DNA of 63,984 bases, the filler included, from Conidiobolus incongruus B7586 (lineage: Eukaryota): assembly GCA_000697335.1 (NCBI GenBank). It is 9 parts of 9 records of this genome, joined end to end, with 100 filler letters (N's around TTAATTAATTAA, not from the genome) between each part and the next. Parts side by side here need not be neighbours in the genome. Positions count along the whole stretch, not along the records: positions 40,029 to 48,685 come from JNEM01000152.1; positions 48,786 to 58,125 come from JNEM01000153.1; 7 more parts are not named here. One strand, written 5' to 3'. Shown piece by piece: positions 41,027 through 55,150 of this stretch (position 1 is its first letter; each line of letters starts with the position of its first letter). The notes beneath the pieces were generated by a model. The model ran no database searches and had not been told where the DNA came from. It worked only from the letters and a program-made list of their open reading frames with translations. The translations under genes were made by a program, and so were the position numbers.

Positions 41027-43189
41027 TTATGAATTTTTCAAACAAGTTCTTGATTTATGCTCTTTTATACACTTTTTCATTCATTTTATAATATTATTTC
41101 TTTCATTCTCTTTTCTTTCAATTTTTTTAATAACCTATCACCCACCCATTGTAGTAACTTTTAAGATTCATTTCAAAAAATATATTCTTGTTTTATAATA
41201 GTATTTATTTCATGAATTGAATATATTAAATTGAAGGATAATATTATTTATTATTATATTAATTATAACCTCGGTATTAATTTAACTTCAATATTAATAC
41301 ATTCTCAAATATTTGGCAAGTTCATTATTCAACTTTATTAGAAAATAGTTTCATTTTGCCAATATATTCCTTATTATATCATCAATATGATCTTTGTCTG
41401 AGTTCAAATGAATTTTTGAAACAAATTCAATGTACATTTAAAATTCGAATAATCAGCCCATTAATTATTATAAGTGTGGGTTAACAAAATTTAGGTCAAT
41501 AATTATTGTTATGATATAAAATTATTTCGTTTATAATAGGAATAACTAATTATTTGATAATTAGGCTTCATTTATTGAATTTTTAATAGAATTATAATCT
41601 AAAATTTTAAATCAACTAATTAAATTAGTATATTGAGAATAAAGATTATGAAGTGATTCGAATTGATTCAATTTATATACTAATTTAAACTAGATGAATG
41701 TATATAATATTAATATAGTTTAACTTAATATATAAATTTGTTATTCAATATTATTTGAAAAAGTTAAAAAGATACTAGACACAGTAACGATAAATTATTA
41801 CAGCAATTTTAATATAAATTGATAATTAAAACAACGGAATATGGAGGGGTATTATCACCGTATACAAATATTGCAATGGTATATTTCAATTATTTTCATA
41901 CTGAGAAATATTGTTATATTAATCATACCAACTGTTATAATTAATAAATTATATTATGTCTGTTTAACTTTTAAACATTCTGGTAGAAAAATTTATTAGG
42001 TTATTTCTACTTTACTAAATTATCATTTTTTATTGAATTAATAAAATGGGAAATATTTAATTATTACATAAAATGTTTTTGAACTAATTTAAAGTAACTG
42101 AAACATTGTATAAAATAAATATAATATAATATCCAATTATCTGTCACTTATTTATTTATCTTATTTTTTTGATTTAACAAATTGGCAATATCCAATAATT
42201 TATATTTCCATTTGTAATAATTGGAGTGCTTGTTACATAGATTTTGTATGTTTTTCTATGAAATATTGGGATTATCACTTTTAATTCATTTTATATTTGT
42301 ATAATTAAATCTATTAATTCTAATTAAAATAGTATTCGAGATTAAAATTTTGTCCAATTAAAATAACTTTGACGATACAAACAAATACCATTATTTAGTC
42401 AATCCTAATTTTTTTCATAACTATTCAAATATATAAAGTAATATATAATATTTCATAGAAATAGTTGTTGTTAGGTTGATGATGTTATACTCTCTGTGAT
42501 CATTTTTTATACTGAAATGATTGGCAAATAAGTTAACAAAATTACAATTTATAGTCTAGTATTGAAGAATTTCACAAATTTTAATTTTCTATTAATTTTG
42601 CTATAACTCAATTTATATACGTTTTTATTTAAATAATTCAACCTGAAACAATATATAAGTTTACTATAAACACAAGGTTAATTTAAAATTACACATTATA
42701 TATTATTGAATATCAAATTTACTATTTAAGTGGTTATATAGTTAAAAGATGACAAATCATCTAGTTATGTAATATTTTAATGTATAGCAAATTTATAATA
42801 GTCTATATATTATGTGTTTAAATTATTTTAGTTTTTCATCAATTTTTATGGGCCACATTTTTATTATATATATTACTTGTATAAAATATATTTCAATTTT
42901 GACAAATTGAGAGTGATTTGAAGACTATTGATTTTGATCAGATTTTAAACAGAGTATTGAAGTAAAACTAGAAAATGATAATTGTTTTTAAATAACAACT
43001 TGTTATTGGATATAGAAATTGATTAATGAATGTTGATTATTGATTATAATAAAGTAAATCATATTTATTTACTAACTTCATTATATCTATTTTATTAAAT
43101 TAACCAGTATTATCTCAATTTTATTTTTATATAATTCTGAATTTTTTTTTCAATTTCTTTTTTCCAAAGTTAAAGGTTGCTTGAATACC

Positions 43190-43952
43190 ATGGGACTTGC
43201 TAGTATTTACGAAGCTGAACCACATCAAATCGTATCCATATTCACATGTGTGGGCTCTATTGTCGTAGCTTTCAATTCATTTCTTTGTAATGTATCATTA
43301 AACTTTCAAATTGAAAGTTATCTAAATTAATCCTGAATTTGTTAGGCTATACTGGTGTTCTAATGTTCGCAGGCTCAACATTTTAGATCAATATGAAATT
43401 TTCTGAAGGTCTCGATTTTGTTTCGGAGTTGGAGAACAAATTGGGTTTATATTCTGTTTTAGTGATTTTACCATTATGCTTATAAGGCAAGCTAGTCTAT
43501 CCTTTAGTGTATTTATGAATCGAGTACTGTGAGTATCATGAATAGTTTTGAATATCTACAAAATCGTCAGTATTTATTATTCTTTAAGGCATCAATCATA
43601 TAATGAAGAAGATATTTATGTCATATTGCATTCTTTAGATAGCGCTCAGGCTATTATATTCTTCATTTTTGAATTATTATACAATCTATACGTTATCTAC
43701 TCAATAGTCAGGGCGGTTAACAAATTGAATGATGTGAATATCAATTGATTGATAGTGAAAATGCTTATTGTACTAATTTTCTTTGTGCTGTTAGATTCCA
43801 TAGCTATATTGTTTGAAATTTTCAATTTGGGGGGAAATGCTTATTGCTTTTGGAGATCAATTATGCTGTTAAAAGTGAAATTGATTTTTGTAGTTTGGGT
43901 AAGGTTCGTCAATGTATTATCGTCGCTCAGTCTCAATATAACTCTAATTTGA
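43190..43952 (+). pseudogene. Probable pseudogene of a multi-pass membrane protein
   Basis: ATG exon 43190-43286, intron-like 43287-43345, then one hydrophobic frame 43347-43952 interrupted by TGA at 43404, 43530, 43539 and 43746. The obvious splice is one nt out of phase. Confidence 0.55.
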
Positions 43953-44218
43953 AATAAATTATTAATTTTCATATTTTAATTATATCATCCCTTCACTACC
44001 TTTAAAAATTCAGAGTCTTGTTTAATGATTCACAAAGAATTATAAGTTGTTCAAATGTTAAAATGAATAAAATATTTTCACTTACAAATTCTATATATAT
44101 CAATTTGGCATTATATAATGAATCTACAATAATTTGCTATATTAATATTTGAAATATAATAATTCATTTATACCAATATATAGTATTATCCAATGACAAT
44201 TATATATTATATATTATA

Positions 44219-44220
<2 letters not shown>

Positions 44221-44261
<41 letters not shown>

Positions 44262-44270
44262 ATTATTATT
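44221..44270. repeat. (TTA)n microsatellite
   Basis: Long, near-perfect TTA run. Confidence 0.9.
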
Positions 44271-45123
44271 AACTTGAATAAAGAATTTATGGAACAAATA
44301 AGTTGAATATTTCAAAATCAACAAAAGGATAAATTATGATATTTTATATAGAATTATTAATTTTACAAATTTGAAAAATTATTTTATTAATAATTATCAC
44401 TTGTATAATTCAGTATTTTTTATATAGTACATTGATAAGAATATTGTAATCATAATTGTAGACTTTGAGATTGAAATAAATTGATTAATATATTTAAAAA
44501 TAAAATAACAAAATGACAAGTCTTTATATTTGATATTATCTACTATATTTATATCTATAATATATTCAATGATCTATATGATATAATATACAAAAAAATA
44601 CAACTAATTAGGTTGAAAATGAAATTAAATCATATAATATAACAAATTGTAATGCTGATTATTTATAGATTGATTAAAAAAATATTACAAATTTGTGAAA
44701 TATTTTTTTAGAATAATTATAAGAATTAATATAAAATACAAATTTATAATTTTATTGTAAAAATCTTATTAATGAGTTAAAATATAAAATATTAGTAAAT
44801 AAATTGATTGAAAGAAATTCAAATTCAACTATAAAAGTTAATTACAAAATCAACATAGAACAATAAATAAATTAAACTTTAAAGAGATCAAATAGTCAAT
44901 TAAATTATTATATATCTTACAATTAATAAATACATCATAAATTAACCAAATATTAATTCAAATAATAAGAAATATCGGGAAAAAATGTAAAAGTATTAAA
45001 AAAGATATTCTATATAAAATTGCAAATTAATAAATATAAAAAGAAAATAGTCATAATAATTGGTTAAAGAATTTAATTATATTTTTCTTGATTAGGTTAA
45101 AAATTTTTTATAAGGTAAAGTAA

Positions 45124-45590
45124 TTATTCCCATTGACCTTTGGGAGCTTCTTCTTGTAAATTTTCCCAACTAAAAAATTGAAATTAATATATATATTTTT
45201 GTTAATAAATCAAGAAAAAAACTTACGGCTTAGTTTCCTTAACTTCTTCAATCAATTTAAGTTCGTCTTGAGCTTCCAAAATAAGCTGTTCAATTTGTAA
45301 ACATTTGGTAACTTTGACGATTTCTTCAACATCTTCGGTTGATTGAACTAACTTTAAACGTTCCTGAGTGATAGCTTGAACAGCATTCTTGTAAAAAGCA
45401 TTGGGAGGAAGCGAAGAGATGGCGGTTAAGGTTTGGTTATATAAGCCAATCAATTCTCCACGAGGATCAGCACTAATGGGTACTCTTCTCATACGACTGA
45501 CAGTCTAATCAAGATAATAAATTAAATGGATTGATTGGTTAAGAATTGAATTACCTTGACGGCATTTAACAAAGGTAAACGATATAACAT
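45124..45590 (-). CDS. NDUFA5: NADH:ubiquinone oxidoreductase subunit NDUFA5-like, 3 exons (45590-45555, 45504-45227, 45169-45124)
   Basis: DPRGELIGLY, YKNAVQAITQERL, QIEQLILEAQDEL and spliced KP|WENLQEEAPKGQWE*. Confidence 0.9.
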
Positions 45591-46789
45591 GATAGATTAT
45601 TTTTTATTGTTAAATAAAAATATTTCTAAAACTATATTTAGTAAATTAAAACATTATTAAATATTTTTTGTGTCATTACTTGAAATTTATTAAATAATAG
45701 ACATTATTGACTTAATTAATTATTTTATATAACTCTTTATTTTTCAATAATTATGGGATTGATTAGATTTAATTAAATCTTATCTCTTAATCAAATCATA
45801 ATTTATATTCTAGTCAAACTAAAATTATCATCTACCATATTATTTTGTGAGTTTTTAGTATTAAATAAATTTTATATAATTTTACTATTTTATCATATTT
45901 TCTTATAAAATTAAATTATTGTTGATTGTATTTTATCTCTACACAATTATATTAATCATTATAAAACTTCTAAAAACAATTTTTATTATTGATTTAAAAA
46001 TATATTTTCTAATTATAAATTATGATAACTTCACTACCAATATATTTCTTTATACAAGTTATACAAATTTCAAAATTTAAAATAATATCTTTGATAATAT
46101 GATATTAAATCTATTATATAAATTGAAGAAGTAATCAATTAAATTAGAAGATTAGAGCTGATGGTGAACGTTTGTAAAAGTAAAAAATTTTCTTGAACAA
46201 AGGAATTTAATTTCTAAATTTGAGATATTTGCTAATAAATTCAATTAAATTGAATATATATATATATATCATGGTTAGAATTAGGTTGAATTATACACTG
46301 TTATTAGTTAAGAAATATTTTTTTTAAATATAACTGTAATATGTAAAGATGAATTTTGTGAGTAATATAAAATGTATACCAATGAGTTAAATGATTTTTG
46401 ATATTGTATTAATATAAAGAAAATTTTGATTTGTAACCTATTTTAATAAAATTTGAAATTTATTTACAATGGTTATAATATTAGTTCAATAACCACTTTT
46501 TCTGTTTATTTTTAAGCATTATTACATTGAAAAATATTTTCTTATATAATGATATTCATTTTAATAATATAATAATTAGTGGTTTAAAATCTCTTATTTT
46601 ATATTGAAAACATTATTAGATTGATTAATTGATTAAAGTTAAGATAAATTTGGATATATAACTCTACAAAATATATCTGAGATTTTTTTTTATTGAAATT
46701 AAATTAATCATTAAAAGGATTTTGAATATTTTATTAATATATTTCAAAATTAGTTTAATAATCAAAAATGAGCCTTTAAGTTTTAAGAT

Positions 46790-48000
46790 TCAATATTCAC
46801 ATTGTATTTAAGATTTTCATCCCAATTTTGACTACTTGTGACGGCATCACCTGAAATAGATGCAACCGGTATGCAAACCTTTCCTGACAGATGAACAAAT
46901 CCAAATTTCCTTGCTCTAATCTGAAAACAACGTCATATTTAAATACATATCTTACAATTAAAAAATTTAAAAATACAGAATAACCGACCAATATTTGGGT
47001 ACCAATTCTAGGACTGTGATGAGCAAGGAATCTATATTGGATTCACATTTTTGGAAGGATAGATCTCATTCCAGCAGGATTTAAAATAGAAACAGCTGCA
47101 ATCAAATTATGACCAGTAAACACCAATAAATACCATTTAAATTGTGGATCGATGATCATTCTAATAAGATAGTGATTTAATCTACCTGAATTAGAATAGT
47201 ATATCTTTAAGTACCCCTTGATGTATTTTGAATTCAGGATTCGTGCTGCACAGATTGGTGAGAGTATAGCTGAGATTCAATATACAATTTTCCACACTTA
47301 ATGATCCTCAATAACCAATAATTATCTCCTTGGACTTGTCATAATAGCCAATAGTGGCAAGAGTTCACAATGATGATTGTGGTGATCCTGCAAACCTTTA
47401 TAATCCTTATAACTAATGTCACATTCCGCGTCAGACTTGTTACCAATTTAAGAGAACGCTGTGAGAGTCTAAACGATATGATACTTGATATTGTCAATTG
47501 AAATACTTTAAAATGACAATATGTAGCTAATTTCCTGCTAGGAATAATGCATTTAATTACAATAAGTAGGTCGTCAAAAAAACTAGGTGAAATTTCCAAA
47601 AATATCATCCCAAGCTACATTGGCAGAAACTTTTCTACTTCAAAGTGGTATTACATTAATGAATTTATCTAAGATATAGTTTTGCTAAATCAAGCTGGCA
47701 ATACAATACAATAGAGTGGTGAAATTAGAATTTTATAGTACAATGAAATTTTTTCGAATATAATATCAATTATAATAATGCTCTTTATAACATAAATTAA
47801 GCACATTATATACCAAATTAAATACCACATAATCTTCGATCCAAATAAAGATCAAAAATTCTGAATATCTATTACGTTGGGATTCATGAATTCAGATGAT
47901 TTTGCAGCAAAAGCGCCCTCTTTCATATCTCATTAAATTTCATATCAGACTCTATTAAGATTTTGATATTGGGATGTTATTGGAGTATAAAAAAGGTATA
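46790..48000. pseudogene. Possible eroded coding remnant of unknown origin
   Basis: About 1.2 kb with gene-like base composition but frequent stops in the frames read. No motif recognised. Confidence 0.25.
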
Positions 48001-48227
48001 TATTTACGGATATATTACACAAATGATGAGGTTATTATTGATTTTATAAGCTTATAACGAGAGTCAGAATAATTTATAAATCAGACTATAGTATTAATAC
48101 TTAATCTAAATAGTAATATATTAGTTCAAAAAATGGCAATTTTTTTGATTTCTGATATTTGCAAACATATTGCTAATTGTAAAAAACTATTAATAGATAA
48201 AATATATTGGAGAATTAATATTTTTAA

Positions 48228-48258
<31 letters not shown>

Positions 48259-49208
48259 GAACAACTTTTTATTAAAATATTTCCTATTTAAAATATAAGT
48301 TTATATTTAATTTAAATTAGTTAGTGATCATTAAATGTTTTTTATATTAATATTATTAAAACTCAGTCATAAACCTTCTAAAATCACTTAAGCTTTATAA
48401 ACAGCTTATATAGAAAATATTTAATTTAAATCAATAATATATCAATAATTTTTCCATTTTAAAGCTAAATGAGATATTATTTAAAATATATTTAAATTTT
48501 AAAAATTAATTCTTATTATTATATTTTTTTAATTTTTTTAATTAAAAAAATATATTGAAAAATAACTTCTTATATTAATTAAAGAATTATCTAAGATATT
48601 TAATATTAATAATTTAAGAATATTTTATATTTCCAAGTCTTAACTTAAACTAAATAATCAAAAAAATATTTAATTTAAAATATTTNNNNNNNNNNNNNNN
48701 NNNNNNNNNNNNNNNNNNNNNNNNNNNNNTTAATTAATTAANNNNNNNNNNNNNNNNNNNNNNNNNNNNNNNNNNNNNNNNNNNNTTTTGATTTTAAAAT
48801 TTTATAATTATTTAATTTTTATAATATTAATATTATTATAAATATTGATTTAAAAAACTCAATATATATAATAATAACTTTAAAAATTATTAGTTATTAT
48901 TTTTTTCAATATTTATTTATTAAAATAATACTAAATAATAATATTGAATATAATATTATATAGTAAAATATTTTAATTAATAAATCTCCAATTAATTTTT
49001 ATTATTTTATTTTTTTTAATATTTATTTTTATTTTAAATGTCAAAAAAAAATTAATAGAATTATAGCTTACAAAATCAATAGCTTATTAATTTATTTAAA
49101 TATTTATTATTCAATAGTGATATTTTGATAGTTTGAAATATAATATAATTACATGGTAATTTTTAACAATATGTTAAATAGGGTTGTTACTATAACTAAC
49201 TATTAAAA

Positions 49209-49210
<2 letters not shown>

Positions 49211-49268
<58 letters not shown>
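49211..49268. repeat. (TTA)n microsatellite
   Basis: Perfect TTA run. Confidence 0.92.
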
Positions 49269-49270
<2 letters not shown>

Positions 49271-50723
49271 CAAAAAATTATTTAATGTCAAAATGATTAT
49301 AAATATAATATTAAATTAATATCAAATATAAAATGAATTAGTTATAACAGAATTAATAAATAGTCTGTTCAGTGTGGATACTAAAGCCACAGGTGCACCT
49401 ATTAAAAGATGCCATATGATGAAGATAGCATATGATTTATTTAACTGAAAATCCTCATTGTATAAAAGGAAGGAAATTTTTGAAATAAGAGCGAGTTTTT
49501 TGTTCGTATATCACTTTAATAGACATTTAGCTGACAGTTTATTTTTACTAATTAAAAGTGACTTCTAGTGATGTAAATTCTAATAACAATATTCTCCTTA
49601 TTAAAACCATTGGAACTTTAAATAGTGAAAGTTTACAACAGAATGATAATATATCATCAATATTAAAAGAAAAATATCAAACTATATTCTGATTAATTTA
49701 AAGTATAAGAAAATATTTCGATCATTATTAATAATGCTAACAAATAAGAATAAAAATTGTATGGTTTGATAAATTTGAGATCAATTTCTAACAAGGGATC
49801 AATTTGGAATTTATTAATGCAGCCAAAACAAAATATTGATAATCCCTGGAATATTAAATGCTCCTAATTTTAATAAACGGAAGAGTATTTATAATTCATA
49901 TTAGGTACTCCTAACCTTTTGACAAGATAAACCCCTTAGACCCTCAATAACTTTGAAAATTTGTTATGATTAGTGTTTTGAATTATGTTTAACCCTAGTC
50001 ACCCAATATTCTAATTGTCAAATTAAATTCCTTTTTAATTCAATTTGTATCTCCTGAATTGTGATTATTAAAATCTGATTCCTTCATTAAATTAATCAAT
50101 TAATGGATTCAGAATTGCTCGCAAGGCTAGACAATTATCCCTATTATAAATTCGGAATAGAGATAATTATTTATTTTTATTATTTTAAACAAGAGAAAAT
50201 ATCAGTAAAATGAATTATTCCTTGATTTAGTTAACTGAAATGAGATTACTTGATTCATTCTAACATTTGATAAATTCAATTTATATTATTAATACAATTG
50301 AGAGTGAAATTGGGTAAATTGCCCAACTTTAGGACTTGATTTTGTTAATGAGATTAATCATGAATTGTTTTAGTTTGAATGAGTATTACACTTTAAAACT
50401 AGATGAGATATCGGTGTTTTCTATTAAGGGAATGCCCAAGATGTCAACCTTGGCGAATGATCTTCTAAGTTTTAAACTGTATTTACTGCTAAAACCAGTT
50501 TGACTAAGCCTTTTACTACACATTACTACAATACTTACTGCTCCACAATTGCATTGAATGAAACTCAAAGCTCTCACATATCAATATAGCGCTTTTATAA
50601 TTAAAATAAATTAAATTTTTTATTGAACAATATTTACAGAATTGACTATATTATTTGTTAAAGTGGTATATATTCACAAAAGATAAATAATATAAATCAA
50701 TGAGAGGTAGAAGATTATTATAT

Positions 50724-51710
50724 TTACATTTGGAGCCAAGGATGATTTTGAATTTCCTCAAATGAAGTTCGATTGTTTGGTTGAATGGCAAGCATGCGTT
50801 CCAAAAGATTGCGACATTCGGTTGAAAGGTATTTTGGGGTTTCAAGAGGCTTTGAGATCATCTCTTGATATGAAGCGAAGGGGCGATGACCGCAAAGTAG
50901 AGAGAAGAGCATAACACCCATGGACCAAGTGTCGGAAGCTTCTGGCTTGTAGGGCTGAACCCAGTAGGTTTCGGGGGCAGCAAAAGCTGGGGTGCCACCA
51001 AAGTCCAAAAGAGTTCCATCGGGATAACGGGAGGGTGGCATATGTTCAGAAGCGCCAAAGTCGATTAGTTTAATATTCAAATCTTTATCAATAGCAATGT
51101 TTTCGTCTTTGATATCACAGTGAAAGATATTCCTTTCTTTCATATAAATCATGGCAGAGATCAATTGTCTTAAAATAGTTTTCCCCTGTTCTTCAGTCAA
51201 ATTACCGTTGACTTCGAAGAACTCAAAGAGATCTCTGGGATTGGGACCATGATTCGATGATGATGTATTCCATTCGGATCCTACCAATTCTTGAATGATG
51301 TAGTAGTATTCAGAATCATGATAATAGTCAATAAGTTGTGTAAGGTTGGGGTGATTGAGATGGCTTTGAATGTGGACTTCTCTCGGTATGTAACCAAAAG
51401 CAGGATGTGATACAAGTCTGTTGAGAGCAATAGCGTGTTTTGGAATAAATTTGATAGCAACGGAAACATTGGTAATGGTGTTGACAGCCTGCATCACGAC
51501 ACCATTTGCCCCCCTACCAAGCAGCTTTTCAAGTTTGTATTCTTTAAATGCGCTTGGTAGTGTTGGACAAAAAGGAAAAAGGTTAGGATGATGAATAGAA
51601 GAAGGCGCTATTGAGGAAGGTTTTTGTGAGGTTGGAGTATTGCTTGAAGAAGCAGAAGCAGAAGCAGAATCTGCGCGATGAGTATTGGGAATGGCAACAG
51701 AAACCATCAT
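50724..51710 (-). CDS. Ser/Thr protein kinase, CAMK group, PIM/PAS-kinase-like
   Basis: GRGANG, VAIK, HCDIKDEN, DFG, GTPAFAAPE, DTWSMG. DIKDEN and IPREV patterns are typical of PASK/PIM. Intronless. Confidence 0.9.
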   Translation of the reverse strand: MMVSVAIPNTHRADSASASASSSNTPTSQKPSSIAPSSIHHPNLFPFCPTLPSAFKEYKLEKLLGRGANGVVMQAVNTITNVSVAIKFIPKHAIALNRLVSHPAFGYIPREVHIQSHLNHPNLTQLIDYYHDSEYYYIIQELVGSEWNTSSSNHGPNPRDLFEFFEVNGNLTEEQGKTILRQLISAMIYMKERNIFHCDIKDENIAIDKDLNIKLIDFGASEHMPPSRYPDGTLLDFGGTPAFAAPETYWVQPYKPEASDTWSMGVMLFSLLCGHRPFASYQEMISKPLETPKYLSTECRNLLERMLAIQPNNRTSFEEIQNHPWLQM

Positions 51711-54700
51711 TTTGTAAATTAAATAAATAAGTTATTAATTATGAAGAAGAGGGGGAAGAGATGAATTTTTGTAGAAAATGGCAAAAATTAGTTTAATTCA
51801 ATAAACTTGCAATCAAAAGCACAGGGATGGGTCTAGCAATTGAAGACAATTTGTCAAAATGTACGAAAATAAGAAAACTGAAATCTAGTAATAAGAATTT
51901 GACATTGAAGGGGTTTATATAGTCACAAAAGAGAGGGGTGGGTGAAGATTGATAGCCCCAGATTGAAATTAAGCATCCCAATTTGTCAATTTAATTAAGA
52001 GCTGAATTCAATTAACCCTAATTAGCAATTTCCATTCATCAAATTTCAATCTGATTAATCCTCTTTCAATCCAATCATCATCCTCCACCCCACCCTCAGC
52101 CTACCTCTAATTTCTATTGATTCAAATAAAACTTGTACCTGAGGCCGAATAGATTCTACACCCAGATAACAGTAATCAAATTTAATCGATTACAATAATT
52201 AATCATCTGCTTTCCAAACACTGTATTTACTTTGGATCCAATCCCCTTCATCCATTAATAGCATTCTGAATCCAGAATGCTCAATCCAGATTCTAAAGAG
52301 ACACAGCCACTTAATTCAGAAACTTTAGAATATTAAAATCCCAAACCTTGATACATTGGGCCAAATTAACATTCATATATTCATATATTCATATGTGAAA
52401 ATCTCTAACTATCGCAAGTGACTAAATGCTTGTAATATCATATGATTAGAGCTCGGGCAATGTACCCAAGTTTTAGGTGAATTCATTCCATGATGAAACT
52501 TATTTTTTTCTCTTTCAATAGTTAGGCCGTCAGACAGCATAAATTACCTCGATTACTATCTTCGAATCTATTTGTTAAATCCCATTATGAGTAACATAAT
52601 ATAAGCGTTGCCAAATTCTTATTGATGAATAGTGATCATGCATTTATTAGATGTAACAAACCAAAATATTTTGAGCGGTTGAGATGACTATAAAAAAGCT
52701 TTACCATTTTGGGTCAAGGAATAAAGCCCGCGAAAGTTGTACAGTTATCCCATTAGCCAAATTCATTAATTTTATCAATAATTAGATGAATTTTGATTTA
52801 GTTAATTTTCAAGAAAAATATTAATTTTTTTACAATTAAAATTAAAAATAATTAATGATTAAAATTAAATAATTTTATTATCTAATAATTTATCAAATAA
52901 TGATAATGATCATTATCATCATCTGAAAATGGAATATATAATTGATTCAATTATACTTTAAAGAATCGATTTAATTTTCTAATTGTATTCTTCAAATCAA
53001 TGTAAAAATTGCCAAATATATATTCAAATCCATGCTAAAAATTGAGGTAATAAAAATAAATAGTGAGAGACTAACCTCAAATTAGGTGAAGATCGGATAG
53101 ATTCGGAGGTATATTTTCCTTTTTCGGAAAGAGCGCTTCCTTGAATATATGCATTATATCGATTATTTGGTAATTAAATGTTGTACGAAATGAATTTGGG
53201 GTGACTTTGAGGTAAACATTGACTTATGAAATAGCTTATCCAAAATGTGAAGCCCACTAAGAACCCATTAGGCTTTTTTACCTTTAATTAACTGCGTATG
53301 AGCTAATAAAATTACAAAAGGAAATATATCCGCAGTAACTGGTATTTTGAAGATTTGACAAGATATTAATAAATACTATGATTTAATACCTTCAATACTA
53401 AGAAAAAAGAATCACATTGACTTTGAAACTTTTACATAGGTCAATGATCATCATTTTAAAAAGCTACAATGCTTAATGGACAAATGTATTAAATCTATAT
53501 TAAACATGTGAAAAGCATTTCAAAAAACAAAGACAAACAATAAATTTAATGCCTGGAATAAGTTTCAAAACAATTCCATTAATCAGCTCTCTTTAATTCA
53601 AAATATTGGATTAATTTTCAAAATTGCCATGAACAAATTAAAAACTTACTGATAACAAAAAATAATATTTTTTAACAATTGTTTAATGCCTCTTTGCCAT
53701 TAATTCCATTGTTTATTTAATGTACCATATTGCCAATAGATTATAATGTAAATTACTATTCGATGAAATTTAAAATAAAAGAGAATAATAAAATTAAAAT
53801 GCTTGTATTAATAATTATTTCTCATTATCAATTTAAAGTAATTTTTAAGTAATATCTTAAGACATGTATTAATTAAATTTCAATAGTCTTGAATAAAGAT
53901 TCATATTAGAAAAAGCGATGGATTATATTGAAATTATACCTAATAAAAAAGTAAATAATATGTGAGTAGGCTCAACCATATTGATAATAGTAATCTAGAT
54001 TAATTCAATATTATTGATACTATCAATTTGTTTAATCTTCTCAAAATATCAATATAAATTATAAAACCATTAAGAGTATATTAACAAATTTGAAAATAAT
54101 TCAAATTTCAATTAGATTTTTTTTAATTTTAATTGGAAAATAACTCGGTATTTTACCAATTTAACCTATTTAGTTATATGAAATCATAATTTTGATACCC
54201 AACAGTATCCACCCAACGTAAAAATCAACTTATCCATTTTTCAGCATAAATTCCATTAACAAATTGTAAAATGCTAGAATTGAATACAAAAAAAAATTTT
54301 TTTTCTTTAATTCTTTTTTAAAATAATATCGATAATACATCCGTATAATATAATTAAACAAAAATAATCCATATAATTTAATTAAATTAATTATATTATA
54401 TTATAAAATTGTTAATTTTTTTTATATTTCATTTATTTGTTTTTCCAAAAGTTATATTATATAGTATTTTATTTGATGCTAAATTTATATTTACTTAACA
54501 AATATATATATATAAATCTTTTTATAGTAATTAATATAATTTTATATGATGATAGTATACTTTGTTCAAAATGACATCAAATTGACTATAAAGTAATATT
54601 CAATATGGTGAGTTCATTATAATAATTTAAATTTTATTTTTTTCATTAATTACTTTAATTAATGGTATCATAACGTGGTCAATCAATTAATTAAAATAAT

Positions 54701-55150
54701 TAAATTTACTTTTTCACCGTTAATTTTCAAGGTTATTGATTGGATAATATTTTGGCTAAAGTAATGCAATTTAAATAACGGATTTTGTTATACTTAATTT
54801 ATATCAAATAAAGATTATCATATTTATACAATTATTTTGTTATTTAATATTTAATATCAATATATTATATTAGTTAAATTGGTTTTCGTTTGATTAAAAC
54901 TGAATAGTATTAAATTTAATGTAATGATAATTACTAATAATTTTTTTCATTGAATAAAATTTTGAAAAAAAAATCAATGATACTAGTTTTTCAGATAAAT
55001 AGTACTCAATTAATATTATTAGAAAGTTATATATCCAAAAATATCATAAATGAAAAAAATATAATAAATGCCAATATTATTCTATAAATAATTTATCTAA
55101 TCTAATATATTCGAATTTGTATGAAAGATTGTAGAAATAACACCAATGCA

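Noticed and set aside
40372..41198. ORFs 40372-40668, 40721-41032, 40839-41045 and 40986-41198
   Set aside because: Non-ATG starts, three overlap the tRNA-His gene, and no protein motifs are recognisable.
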